Both the position numbers and the translations under genes were made by a program. Below the pieces are notes generated by a model. The model did not search any database, was not told the DNA's origin, and saw nothing but the letters and a program-made list of their open reading frames with translations. From positions 1 through 64,000 of the IMG/VR virus record IMGVR_UViG_3300034069_000660: a stretch of DNA of 64,000 nt; one strand, given 5' to 3'. Below are positions 8,501-17,600 of the stretch, in pieces (the stretch's first letter is position 1; every line of letters begins with the position of its first letter). The stretch comes from a virus.

Positions 8501-11500
8501 ATGAATGGCTGTCCATCGGCATTCCGAAGTCCGTGCAAATATCCTGCCGGGCGGATCGTTCGAGCCCCTGAACTTGTAAGCGTATAGGTTTCGGCATCGG
8601 CTCCCTTCGCGCCGTCCTGAACCTTGTTTATCGACACCGCATCAGTCAGGCCGGTGCCCTCGATCGACGCGATCAGCGTCACGCGTCCGGTGGGGCCGCC
8701 ATGGTCGCGGATGACGGCCATGATACCAGCTTCCGTCAGCGTCATCGTGTCGACGTCCACCGCTGACCAGAATTGCGGGCCGTAGGCGGCAGCGAACTGA
8801 TCGGGGGGATATGCGGCAGTCACTGCCTGTCCGGCACTGTTCCGCAAGGTGAACAGGGTCCGGGCGTTTGTGTTCTGCCGCTTGGCCCCGAAGGTGATGG
8901 CCTGACCCGGGATCAGATTGCCGGCGGTGTCATAGCGCGCGGTCAGAGCGGATGCAGACAGGCTGATCAGGGCCGGTGATATTCCATTGTCGCCCGCGAT
9001 CGACTTGGCAAGGCTGAACACCTTGATCAGGCGCTTGCCCGCGTGTGCTGTTCCATCCTTGCCGATAAAACGGTACGTCGCGCGGGCAGACAGTTCGTCT
9101 GCATCAAACCCGGTGTTGATCACGTATCGTGGATATTCTGGCGCGGGAAATGGCCCGCCGTATCCTAGTCCTTGTGGGTTGTCCGTGCTGTCAAGACTGA
9201 AGCTTTCCGTGACGTCTTGTGTTCCGTAGAAGATGCTGACGGTAAATTCGGCCCCGGCATAGCTGATGACATTGCCGTTCGGATCGGCGGGCACAGTATG
9301 CATTTCGTTATCGAACTGAATGCTATACGCGCTTTCGCCATCCCTGACCGGCCGTGCCGTCAGAACGCTGCGATATTTAGACGTAGCGTCCAAGGCCTCA
9401 ACCCAGCGATCACGATATAGTGCCGGGTCCGGAATCGGAGTGACAACAGAAGTGTCATCCCATGACGATTGCGGCAGGAGGGCTTCGAGATAGGCGATCA
9501 GGCGATCGATCGCGGCATCAGCTGCGATCTTGAAGGGCTCGACGTCCTCTGGTTGCCCCAGCGCCTGATATCGATCATCAAGTGCCGACTGATCGCCGAT
9601 CAGTCCGCGATAATCGATGATCGCCTTGCTCTTTTCGCGTGGCGTCAGCTGGCCGTCAGACGTCACCGCGTCCAGCTGTTCGCGGATCAGGTATGCCGGC
9701 AGATCGGCGGAATCGACTTCGATATACGGCGGGTTCTCCGCCGTGACGCCAAGGAACGTGTTCCGGACGAAGTAGACGCCCGTCTCCGGCACGACGAAGA
9801 ATTCGGTCCTGACGTCGCCAAGCGACTGCGCATCGGCGATGTTCGTGGTCAGGCTATACAGAATTTCGGTTCGAAGTGGCCGGCGATCGTCGGGCTGTTC
9901 CCAGACCAGCGCCGCGACACCGGCATCATCGCTCGACGACAGCGACAGGTTGATGACGTTCGGGATTGAATCCACCTGACCGTCCAGATCAAATGTGCCC
10001 TCAACCCACCGCGTCTTCCTGCCCAAGCTGTCGAGCCCCCGGACCCGGAAAGACCATTGTCCGATGGCAACCCCCCTGACGGTCCTGCTGGTATCGGTGC
10101 TGTCGGCGAAGGCCTCCCAGCCCTGCCCGGGGGCCTTGAACTGCGCCTGATAGAACGTGATCCGGCTATCCGTCGAAGCGGTCCAGCTGACCTGCACCGA
10201 CGGGATCGCGGCGTCGCCATCGCGCAGCAGAAATTCGAACGCATCGATCCGTGTTGGCGGCAGCAGCGGCCCTGACGGCAGATCGATGAATTCGGGAGTC
10301 GAGATATCCCGCCCTAGTTCGACCCGGTCCCACTTGGTCGGATCGTGCAGCACGGCGCGGACCCCGAACGGAGGTTCGTCCGTGGTGATCGATCGCACCC
10401 GCCATTGACGATTGGCGATCTGGTCCGTCTCGATCGACCACACGGCACCGGGCATCGGTGGCGAAGGCCAGTCCGGGCCGGCGAGGTTGATCGTTGCCGT
10501 GGTGCCGGGGCCGTTGGTCACGACCCGCCGGCTGACGCTGCCGTTCCGGAGCATGACGCGCAGGCGATAGGTCTGCCCAGCCTCGATCTCAACCGGGGCG
10601 TCTAGCGTCATCTGCGACCCGGTTGCGGCACGCACCCGGCCGCCGCGCCGGCTTTCGGTGAACATCGGATCGGCAATCGCCGCGATACGGCCCGGCCCAA
10701 CGAATGAATGGTCGTCGCCGACGTCATAGGCTGCGGTGCTGTTCGATCCGGGCGCTTCGTCTTCAAGCCCCCACAGCGCCATGCGATGCGCCTGCCCCCG
10801 GTTGGTGACCCCGAAGGCAGTTACGGCATCATCGGCGCTGTCACCGCGCCGGCCGAACCGACGGATCAGGTCCGGGTCTTCGACGATCTCCGGTGTCAGC
10901 CGGAAACCGTCTTCCGGGTCGTTCCAGTAGACGACGCTGACACTGCGCCGCTTCTCGACGGGAGTGACGCGTCCATAGCTGATCCGACCTTCCACGACGT
11001 TGGACGGCGTGATCAGGATCGAAGGGTCTTCGGGACGGTCCTGTTCGGCGACGACAGTCCCGCTGCCCCAGTAGGCGAAGCCACGAAAATTCGAGGCGAT
11101 CGATGCGAGTACGTCATAGGCGGCGGCGGGGTTATTGATGACGCAGTTGATCGTATAGCGCGGCTGCATCCCGCCCCGGCCGTCCGGGACCATGCCGTCG
11201 CAGTGCTGCGCAATTGCATATAGCCCCCACTTGTCCACCGATTCAGGGGGGACCCTGCTGCCCAAACCGTACCGCCGCGCCACGACGATATCGCGGAAGA
11301 CCCATGCCGGGTTGTCGGTCCACGCCCGTTTGAAAGTGCCGTCCCAGACCGCGCCATAGGTGCGCGCCACCGGGTCATAATTTGATGGCACCTCGACGAT
11401 CAGACCCAGCAGGTCATAGCTGCGCGCCGGGATCGACGATCCGAATTGGCGGGCATCGACCGTCAATCCGATCAGCGCCGTGTCCGGATAGGACAGTTTT

Positions 11501-12756
11501 GCTTCGATCACCTCCGTCAGGAGGTCCCAGTGAGTTTCGTTGGCGAGCGTAGAGGACTGGCTATCCGGGGTCATCCGGGTCACCCGGATATCCCGCTGGT
11601 TACCGTTCGGGAGTCGAATGTCGGTTGACCACTGGTAGCCGCTGTTCGTGCGTCCGGTGAAGGTTTTGGACACGACGTCGGTGAACCCGCCACCGTCGCT
11701 CTGGACGCTGATCTTGATCTCGACGCTCGACGCTTTCAGATCACCGTTCGTCGTGTCCTGCATCTGCAACTGTGGCAGGCTGATGGTCACGCGCGCGACT
11801 GTCGCGTTCGGATTGCTGATCGAGCGTGTGACCGGGCCGGTCAGGACCCTGACCTCCGTGTTCACCTCGAAGCTATTTTCGGTCTGCGAGAAGCCCGGGA
11901 TAAAGTCCTGATCGGGCAGACCGACGCGCCGCTCGACCGCTACACCGGCGAAGTTGAACGATCCGTCCGCGTTCTGCAGCGGGGTGTCATCGAAATAGAT
12001 GGATCGCAGTCCGTCGAAGAGGCCGACGATCTCGCCCTCCGATACCAAGTCGAGGACCTTGGCTGTCGCCTGCGATTGCAAGCTGTTCGGGTCTTCCTGT
12101 GCCGCCCGGGTTGATCCCGCTGAACCGCCCTTGCCGCCACCCTTTTGCAGGCTGACCCATTCATCGCCGGCGGACGATCCACGAATGCCCGGTGTCGATC
12201 CGACATACCCGTCATAGACCGCGCCGCCTCCCGGATTTGTGGGATCGGCGCTGACAGAGGCCTCGTTGACGTCAGTGGTGCTGATCCCGGCGCTGACGAC
12301 AACCGATCCGGTCCTGAACCGACCATAGACAAGCGGGACAGGGTGTCCCTGTTCGGTGACATTCTCGGCTCCATCGAACACGAATGACGCCGTCTTCGTC
12401 GCCTCTTCCCGGCTGGCCGCCGTGGGTGCCTTCGGCATCGCCAGCACCGAAACAGATGCCACCGCCGCCAGCAGGAGCGTTGCCCCCAGCAGCACCTCCA
12501 CGACACCCCCGGCCGCGCCGGCCGGTGTGATATGGATATCACGCTGTCCACCAAGTTGGAGGTCGATCGCTTCCGCCGGCAGGACGGTGCCTTCCCCGAT
12601 GCTGACGACGTAGCCGCGATGCCTGATATATTCGCCAAAACCCGGCAGCTGGAAGACGAGCGCGCGGATGGCTTCCGTGGGTGACGCAACCGCCAGATCG
12701 AAGCGACGGCCGAAACGCTTACCTAGCCGTCCGTGAAGATGAATCGCGCGCAACAC
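5584..12756 (-). CDS. Tail-tip host-specificity protein (2390 aa from GTG 12756): lambda gpI-like domain fused in frame to a gpJ-like protein with a long modular C-terminal extension
   Basis: Single uninterrupted ORF 5584-12969. By-eye alignment to lambda I: IHLHGRLGKRFGRRFDL, PVPLVYGRFRTGSVVVS. By-eye alignment to lambda J: GGKGGSAGS, LVSEGEIVGL, RVTRMTPDS, YPDTALIGL, NPAWVFRDI, DKWGLYAIAQHCDG, NRGQAHR. GGAGA lies 7 nt upstream of GTG 12756. Confidence 0.9.
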   Translation of the reverse strand: MLRAIHLHGRLGKRFGRRFDLAVASPTEAIRALVFQLPGFGEYIRHRGYVVSIGEGTVLPAEAIDLQLGGQRDIHITPAGAAGGVVEVLLGATLLLAAVASVSVLAMPKAPTAASREEATKTASFVFDGAENVTEQGHPVPLVYGRFRTGSVVVSAGISTTDVNEASVSADPTNPGGGAVYDGYVGSTPGIRGSSAGDEWVSLQKGGGKGGSAGSTRAAQEDPNSLQSQATAKVLDLVSEGEIVGLFDGLRSIYFDDTPLQNADGSFNFAGVAVERRVGLPDQDFIPGFSQTENSFEVNTEVRVLTGPVTRSISNPNATVARVTISLPQLQMQDTTNGDLKASSVEIKISVQSDGGGFTDVVSKTFTGRTNSGYQWSTDIRLPNGNQRDIRVTRMTPDSQSSTLANETHWDLLTEVIEAKLSYPDTALIGLTVDARQFGSSIPARSYDLLGLIVEVPSNYDPVARTYGAVWDGTFKRAWTDNPAWVFRDIVVARRYGLGSRVPPESVDKWGLYAIAQHCDGMVPDGRGGMQPRYTINCVINNPAAAYDVLASIASNFRGFAYWGSGTVVAEQDRPEDPSILITPSNVVEGRISYGRVTPVEKRRSVSVVYWNDPEDGFRLTPEIVEDPDLIRRFGRRGDSADDAVTAFGVTNRGQAHRMALWGLEDEAPGSNSTAAYDVGDDHSFVGPGRIAAIADPMFTESRRGGRVRAATGSQMTLDAPVEIEAGQTYRLRVMLRNGSVSRRVVTNGPGTTATINLAGPDWPSPPMPGAVWSIETDQIANRQWRVRSITTDEPPFGVRAVLHDPTKWDRVELGRDISTPEFIDLPSGPLLPPTRIDAFEFLLRDGDAAIPSVQVSWTASTDSRITFYQAQFKAPGQGWEAFADSTDTSRTVRGVAIGQWSFRVRGLDSLGRKTRWVEGTFDLDGQVDSIPNVINLSLSSSDDAGVAALVWEQPDDRRPLRTEILYSLTTNIADAQSLGDVRTEFFVVPETGVYFVRNTFLGVTAENPPYIEVDSADLPAYLIREQLDAVTSDGQLTPREKSKAIIDYRGLIGDQSALDDRYQALGQPEDVEPFKIAADAAIDRLIAYLEALLPQSSWDDTSVVTPIPDPALYRDRWVEALDATSKYRSVLTARPVRDGESAYSIQFDNEMHTVPADPNGNVISYAGAEFTVSIFYGTQDVTESFSLDSTDNPQGLGYGGPFPAPEYPRYVINTGFDADELSARATYRFIGKDGTAHAGKRLIKVFSLAKSIAGDNGISPALISLSASALTARYDTAGNLIPGQAITFGAKRQNTNARTLFTLRNSAGQAVTAAYPPDQFAAAYGPQFWSAVDVDTMTLTEAGIMAVIRDHGGPTGRVTLIASIEGTGLTDAVSINKVQDGAKGADAETYTLTSSGARTIRPAGYLHGLRNADGQPFIDPNPEVGSSSDTYARSYTVCWRVSANVWRVRHFDVFGNGQITYPSDGFANGRPQGIDGMFNVLNAIPDGTPVIVYSSDEPNQNHTFPALLQAMYRCGASPEVFGKTFAYRGAYTLVGVAGWGQGRGFERVAGTIPHDPEGPTDALIQTTFQIVGGVPNSFTNGNNGVDGLPGVAGRNGITYYPYYAYANSPDGQIDFTTGEAGTRAYVGFGTGTSPTEPDSPIYYSWTAYKGPPFGLTSRNGVVVAGNQLIKQSGGYAWNADAYSTTGFRGGAAVAFRGTGDKGFMIGLNDDPNAGSSWEPLNYAWHPQSDGNASIYESGSYVGNFIVGYGLGLFQIIYDGNVIRYIYNGDVYREVPAPPNLTLYMDSSFLDEGARATDIEFTPVGAAAQSIQLSASSTTLRVGKDGNYFAGQRIDFNVQRTNMPGTTYFFLRNVDGNNIYAAPAAEYARQFPAQWGSSGPDNLYLTPQGAIDNMNAHGGAAGKFSMEAYVNGFTPVSRVTISKQQDGADGKNAIVAIADNETFTVPTDANGNYPAFPTDVSRGHLRVYEGLTEVTGQCTFTVQNPFYLDSYIDAAGAYFAIGLYNDTGYSDLVATYKGVAYTSRLTASKVKNGPRGTDGVNPPLISVAANPQAIRYDRDNNIISGDVVFTATLQNAMGPVSWRSLIGHGIYSTPGVSFSGNTMTISAARMRDVLAYNEANFGPATETIVASASGVSDMVTVTKIKDGSNGLAGAAGIGLIASPATFVIPSFANGTSKPTWAGGTCRIALNLGGQEIAADSYSYVAVSNVSSISISGQTISFTDIVGDRGEFTARATRAGVNYDLRITIVRANDGSAAFTSSTPFTGNFGAASGAANTTVPGGRTVRVSAYANYRAPNDQEGAGTLALYWRNLTDNGPLNFLGELGGSVASRYNQGSANDPIYNDIAGSVSTSYTFSSPSPDKSIEYSAAFRTTYGVLRLVDGRVAIDVIG
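5995..9333 (-). repeat. Protein-level module repeats inside the fibre gene (order B1-A1-insert-A2-B2-A3-B3); coordinates approximate
   Basis: A modules (~125 aa), each ending in a xK(V/Q/I)xDGxxG-type motif: approx 8605-8982, 6967-7341, 6307-6639. B modules (~105 aa): approx 8983-9333, 6640-6966, 5995-6306. Confidence 0.6.
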
Positions 12757-13534
12757 CGTCTGTTCTCCTGACCCAGTGCGTGATCCAAGGTGTCCATCGT
12801 GCGATGCTATCGCGTTTCGACAGGTGCCCGGGATCGCTTGGCAGACCAGATGACGGGTGATGCAGGGCAAGGCCTCCGTCAAGGTAGACCCCGGCGTGGT
12901 TCGGCACGTCAGAGCGGATCGCAGCGAGCCAGACGTCACCGTGCCGCACCGATCGTGCATCGATCTCAACGAAACCAGCGTCTGCGAAATATCGGCGATA
13001 GAGGTCCTTGTCGCCCGGCGTCTCCGCCTTCCACCACTCCCAGCTTCGCGGATAGTCCGGCAGATCGACCCCCGCCTCCCGGAGATACCACAGCCGGATC
13101 AGGGCATAACAGTCGGTCACGGCATGACGGAACGACCGTCCGACATAGGGTTCATCGTCACGTAGTTCGTCACCCCATGCGAACGGGATTTCGGTGGCCT
13201 GCCCGTTGGTCGATACGATGACGAAGGGCACGCACATTTCGATCTGCGATCGCATGTCCTGTTCGCTTGGGCAGTCCGGTCCCCCGGGATGACTGTGGCA
13301 CAAGGCGCGCAGGTCACCGGTCCTGATCAGCGCCGCCAGCACGCGACGATTGGCGAGGGCGGACAGTTTCGGCTCTGCCGCCACATTGACCAGCCTTTGA
13401 TATGCGCCCCGGCCGTCAATGTACCCCAGACATTCGGCCGGATATGCCTCGACGGCATGAATGCGAAGTGCCGCAACCGCTTCCGGGGTGCATAGCGCGG
13501 TACCGTCACACAGCTGCGCGCGGTCAGCACGCAT
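12719..13534 (-). CDS. Tail tip assembly protein, lambda gpK-like (JAB/MPN plus NlpC/P60 domains)
   Basis: Start is M70 of ORF 12719-13741, overlapping the gpL stop by 1 nt. Contains JAMM motif CHSHPGGPDCPSEQD. C-terminal Cys/His hydrolase region (TDCYALIRLWY..HAGVYL). Confidence 0.88.
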   Translation of the reverse strand: MRADRAQLCDGTALCTPEAVAALRIHAVEAYPAECLGYIDGRGAYQRLVNVAAEPKLSALANRRVLAALIRTGDLRALCHSHPGGPDCPSEQDMRSQIEMCVPFVIVSTNGQATEIPFAWGDELRDDEPYVGRSFRHAVTDCYALIRLWYLREAGVDLPDYPRSWEWWKAETPGDKDLYRRYFADAGFVEIDARSVRHGDVWLAAIRSDVPNHAGVYLDGGLALHHPSSGLPSDPGHLSKRDSIARWTPWITHWVRRTDGVARDSSSRTAR

Positions 13535-14265
13535 CAGCGGGATCGCAGACGCGCAACCCCGGGGAACGCCCGGGTCGGCAGGACCGCCGTCGTGCCGAAG
13601 CGGGCCTGACAGCAGGTCGAAAGTCGCTTGCTGAACACCTCCGCTTCCGGGCTGCAGGGTGCGCCATTCGCATCGCGCGGGCTCCCGGTATAGGGGCAGG
13701 TCACGTTCGAATAATCGAATTCGCCGCGCACCATGTCCCATCGCCGCGTCTCATGTCCGCAGTAATCGCGAACAATGGGCCTTGCCGGCAGCTGAACGCC
13801 TTCCTGATCCATCAGCGCAGCACAGTTCCACGATATCTCTTCGCGGGTGTGGGCGGTCTTCTGCGACAGGACATAGACGTCGATCGGCATATGTGAATTG
13901 CCGTCAGGTTCGTCACCGCTGTTAAGATACCTGCTATAGGTCCTGATCCGGCGCAGAATGCCGCCATGAAGATCGTCGTTCTGTTCGACTAACGATGTAA
14001 AGCTGTTGTCGAGATTTGAAATCGTAAACGTCGGACGTGGCAGCGTGCCAGAACCGTTCAGTTCAAAACCTTCGGCCGTGATAGGATGCGGTGCATAGAT
14101 GATTTCTTCGCCAAGCGGATCGATCCCGAAGCTGATCGCCGATCCACCGTCGTTCGTCGTGGGGGTGATCCGAACGATGCCCAAGTCGAACACCGTCAGG
14201 TCAAGTTCGAACAATGTGATCCTCGCACCTAGATCGAAGCCCTGCACATGGCTGCGGATCGTCAA
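13534..14265 (-). CDS. Minor tail protein, lambda gpL-like
   Basis: By-eye alignment to lambda L: LFELDL, GFELNGSGTLPRPTFTISNL, plus a C-terminal Cys cluster. Confidence 0.88.
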   Translation of the reverse strand: MTIRSHVQGFDLGARITLFELDLTVFDLGIVRITPTTNDGGSAISFGIDPLGEEIIYAPHPITAEGFELNGSGTLPRPTFTISNLDNSFTSLVEQNDDLHGGILRRIRTYSRYLNSGDEPDGNSHMPIDVYVLSQKTAHTREEISWNCAALMDQEGVQLPARPIVRDYCGHETRRWDMVRGEFDYSNVTCPYTGSPRDANGAPCSPEAEVFSKRLSTCCQARFGTTAVLPTRAFPGVARLRSR

Positions 14266-14630
14266 AGGTCGAACTCCTGCGTCAGCGTGATCGAACAGTC
14301 CTGTATCAGGTAGCCGCTAGGTTTGCCCGACCACCCCGCCGCTGTCCATTTCAGCGGTCGAGTCTGGTCCTGCCCATACGGTGCCCATTCGATGATGCCG
14401 ACCCCCGCCAGCCCCCGGAAGAACAGGCGCAGTTTCTCCGCATCAGCGTCGCTGATCCGTGTCCATGCCAAGCGCCAAACCTGCTGCACGGAGTTCAGGC
14501 CCTTCCGTGCGCGCTGGGAATAGCGGTCGCCGAAGTTGATACGCGACACCGCATAATCCTCGGTCATGTCGGTACCGAACGACAGGTCGAGGGTTTCGGG
14601 GTCCCCGTTGATCAAGGGTATGGTCGCCAT
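14262..14630 (-). CDS. Minor tail protein, lambda gpM-like
   Basis: 122 aa, located between the tape measure and gpL. Motif VWRLAWTRISDADAEKLRLFF is typical of Phage_min_tail. Confidence 0.8.
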   Translation of the reverse strand: MATIPLINGDPETLDLSFGTDMTEDYAVSRINFGDRYSQRARKGLNSVQQVWRLAWTRISDADAEKLRLFFRGLAGVGIIEWAPYGQDQTRPLKWTAAGWSGKPSGYLIQDCSITLTQEFDL

Positions 14631-17600
14631 CAGCGGTTCATAACCGATTGGCGAGTGTTGGTCAGCTGGCCTCCGGGGCGTTTCGCCGCTGCGATCTCTT
14701 CGCGGACGATCGAGGTCAGCGCCGCCTTGACGTCACGTCCGATCTGGCGGCCGTCCGACCCGGACGTTTCCGATCCGGTCTGAACGATAACGTCTCCGAA
14801 TGACATGGTGTAGCTATCGCCAACACCTCCGCCCGTGATCCGCGCCGTGGCAGCATTGTCGTTATTCGCACGTCGCAACCCTGCCGTGACGGCACCGCTG
14901 TTCATGGCTTCAAGCATGGCTTCGTTGCCCGGCCGCGCCACTGCAGCGGCATTCACCACGAATTCCCCGTCGGACAGGTTGGCCTTGATCGCGTCGTCAC
15001 GCGGACCGCCGGGACCCCTTACCTTGCCACCGTCGGCAAAGTTGAGGCTGATCGCTTGGATATTGGACACGATCGACGCGGCCTGTGCCGCTACGGTTGC
15101 GACCGCCGCGATGTTCGCCGGGAAGGGCAGCGACAACGCATTGGCGATGCCCTGCTGTATCTTGATCACGCTGTCGGCAATGGCGAACGCCTTCGACGTG
15201 ATGAACAGCCCCTTGTAGACCGCCGATTGCTTGCCGACGCTGTCTTCTGCGATCGACAGCAGACTTTCACTGGTCGATTGCGCTGCACCGATCGCGATAT
15301 CCCGACGGGCATAGTCGATGTTCCGCAGGGTGTCGGCGTGCTTGCGCTCGATCGCCTCCCGAACCGCCGCCGCTTCGGCATACAGGATCGTTCCCTGATC
15401 AAGGAACGTGGACAGCTGCCCCAGTTCATCGGCACGTTCGCGGTCCGCCTGTTCACGCGCGCCCTGATCAGCGAAGTTTCGACCTAGATTGTCATTGCCG
15501 GGCAGGCCGGCTTTGAACTGGCTGGCGGTGGTGCCAAGGCCTTGCACCGACCGATTGAACTGGTCCTGCGATATCGCGCCACGGGCCAACAGCGCCTGTA
15601 GCGCCGCGATCTGGTCGTGGTACTCCTGCACGGGCTGACGCACCGCTTCAAGGATGCCGACCTGCCGTGTCAGCGCGTCACCCTGACGGATCGATGACTC
15701 GATCATCTGCGCCTCGACAGGGGTCAGTTCACGTCCAAGCCGGGTCGTCTCTTCCAGCTTGGCATTCATGATGGCCCTGTCCTGCCCCGTGACGCCCTGT
15801 ATAGCCCGCAAACGCTGTAGCGGCTGAACATAGGCCTGATCGAAGCGATTGGCCGTCTCCCGGGCGTCTGCATCGGTCAGGGCCGACGTGATGCGGCGCG
15901 TTTCGTCTGGCCCGGCTTCGCGATCGAACCTGCGCTTGAACTCCGCCAGCTGCCGCGCGATGCGCGCGTCCAAGGTGTCGGCACGTCCGTCGATGCCGCG
16001 CGTGGCGGCTTGATCTTCGACCCCAGCGACGAAATCGCGTTCCTGTTCGGCCTTACGCGCCGCCTTCTCTGCCGCCGTTTCCTCCGTGCGCGCCGCGCGC
16101 ACCTCCGTTGCCGTTTCATCGGTCCGGAACCGGCCCTTGCGCGGATCGACGTAGCGACCACCGACCTTGACTCGATAATCCAGATGCGCGCCGGTGCTGA
16201 TACCGGTGTTGCCGACCCCGCCGATCTGCTGGCCCTGCCCGACCCGCTGCCCGCGCTGCACAAGCACCGACGACAGGTGGCCGTATTCGGTGATGGTGCC
16301 GCCGCCGTGGTCGACGATGATGGCGTTACCCAGACCACCCAGCTTGCCCGCGTGCACGATGACGCCGCCAGCCGCCGCCTTGACCGCAGTGCCAGCCGGC
16401 GCGGCGATATCGATGCCACGGTGAAACGTCGAAGCCCCGGCGGTGGGGGCCCGGCGGGGCCCGAACCCGGAAGTGACCCGTCCCTCTGTCGGGTTGATGA
16501 AGGTGGTCAGGGGACCAGCCTTGGCGTCCGACTTTTCGAGCCGTTCGGCGGCCTGCTGCGCCTCGATCGCGGCGTCGCGGCGCTGGCGCAGCTGTGTCAG
16601 CTGGCGCGTGGTCGCGGAATCAACGACCTTGCCGGCCTGAATCTGGATACGGATGGTCCGTTCAAGCGCGCTGATCTGGCGGTCATATTCGAGCGTGACG
16701 CGACCGACGGCGGTCGATTGCTTGTCCGAAAGTTCGAGCGCCAGATCTAGCCGGGTCTGCTGAACGCGCTTTTCCGCCTCCACGATCCCGGCTTGTTCGG
16801 CCTTGGCGCGCTTCGCCAGTTCCTCGACGCGACCTGCATATTGCGCTGCGACCAGTGACGCCGCACCGCCGGGACCGCCGCCGGTTGCACCCGGGCGGGC
16901 GTTCTCCGCCAGCACCTTCGCCTGTTCGAGTTCGGCAAGGGTGACCTTCCGGATGCTGATCTCGCGTTCGAGGTTCGTCTTCGCCGCGATGTTCGCCGCT
17001 TCCGCCGAAGTGCGGGTTGCGTCGATCGATTCCTTGGTCGCCTTGGTGCCTTCGCGGATCGCCGCCGCGACACCCTCCGAACTGCGCGCGTAGCGGACCT
17101 TGGCACGGTCCGCGACCTCCGTCTCTTTCGCATCCTCTTTCAGCTTCTTCACGGCTTCGTCGAGCGCACTGGTGGCCTGATAGGCCTTGTATGCGAACAT
17201 GCCGAGAACGGTCGTGCCGGCAAGGATCAGGGAGCCCCAAGGCCCGGCGATGAAAGTGGCGACCTTGCCGGCGGTGCCAGCGGTGCCAAGCGCCAGCGAC
17301 AGCGCCGACGCCGTCTGACCGCCCTGCTGCGCCAGCACGACAAGGGGGTTGATGCCAAGGGACAGCGTTTGCAGCGTGTCCTGCACCTGAAAACCCAGCT
17401 GGGTATAGCCGGCGCGCTGCTGACCTATCGACACCGTCGATTTGTCCACCCCATCGGCGACCAGCTTCTGCACCTGTGCGAGCCGGACGTCGTCGATGAT
17501 GCCAGCCTCTTTCAGCCGGTGCGCTTCCGCCAGCAGACTGTTTAGCTTCGCCATTTCGGCGGCCTCTTCGTCCACGGCCTGCAGCACGCGCCGAAGCGAC

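Noticed and set aside
5995-9333. Possible diversity-generating retroelement (template/variable repeat) in the fibre gene.
   Set aside because: No reverse transcriptase is present in the window. The repeats differ at all kinds of positions at the protein level and are not near-identical DNA copies with adenine-specific differences.
12719-12756. The 38-nt overlap between gpK and the gpI-J ORF, as a possible second programmed frameshift.
   Set aside because: A GTG with a GGAGA SD at 12756 aligns with the lambda gpI N-terminus. No slippery sequence is present. Overlapping starts are common in this operon.
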